Source: Callorhinchus milii (taxonomy: Eukaryota). Taken from it: a DNA stretch of 64,000 bases. Numbering within the stretch: position 1 is the first letter of the stretch; each line of letters opens with the position of its first letter. Location: assembly GCF_018977255.1 (NCBI RefSeq), contig NW_024704742.1, forward strand, positions 112,966,001 to 113,030,000, in the 5' to 3' direction. Position numbers and translations under genes: made by a program. Below, piece after piece: positions 63,782 to 64,000 of the stretch. The notes under the pieces were generated by a model. It worked only from the letters and a program-made list of their open reading frames with translations, was not told where the DNA came from and searched no databases.

Positions 63782-64000
63782 AAAGTTGAATACTATCCTT
63801 AATGTGATTACATGTTATCTTGTCTGTAAAAGAGTGAGACACATCAACTTTCAGCAATAGACCAGTGAGGAAAACGGAAACTTGGTCATTTCATTGTGTA
63901 TCACCTGTCATTAGAAGCAAATCAATAAAGTTCAAAATTACATTGATGGAAGAATTGAACGAAGAATGTTATTGGAGTCTAATTTGCTCGGATTACTTAA

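Noticed and set aside
1..64000. CRISPR arrays, operons or prokaryotic defence systems
   Set aside because: No regularly spaced direct repeats and no gene-dense structure; the sequence is vertebrate repeat-rich DNA

Overview
Repeat-dense, apparently intronic or intergenic vertebrate DNA. The repeat families (HER1-type CR1 LINEs, L2 LINEs with (TTG)n tails, tRNA-headed Deu-domain SINEs, Penelope pseudo-LTRs) suggest a cartilaginous fish, possibly a chimaera; this is an inference. I found no host protein-coding exon, true tRNA, rRNA or CRISPR array. Recognisable protein similarity is confined to transposons: one young 5'-truncated CR1 ORF2 (40878-42950, minus), many decayed L2 and CR1 pieces, a Penelope GIY-YIG/RT fragment and an internally deleted pogo/Tigger. 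The most notable structures are: a Penelope copy with an inverted 5' RT segment inside an L2; three decayed minimal hammerhead ribozymes in Penelope pLTRs; two L2 copies sharing the same antisense tail insertion; an RT-less L2 with two in-frame deletions; a solo LTR inside a SINE; an inverted pair of LTR-like elements about 4.4 kb apart; and several hairpins. I see no clear new biological system. All alignments were done by eye, so boundaries of decayed repeats are approximate (tens of bp).
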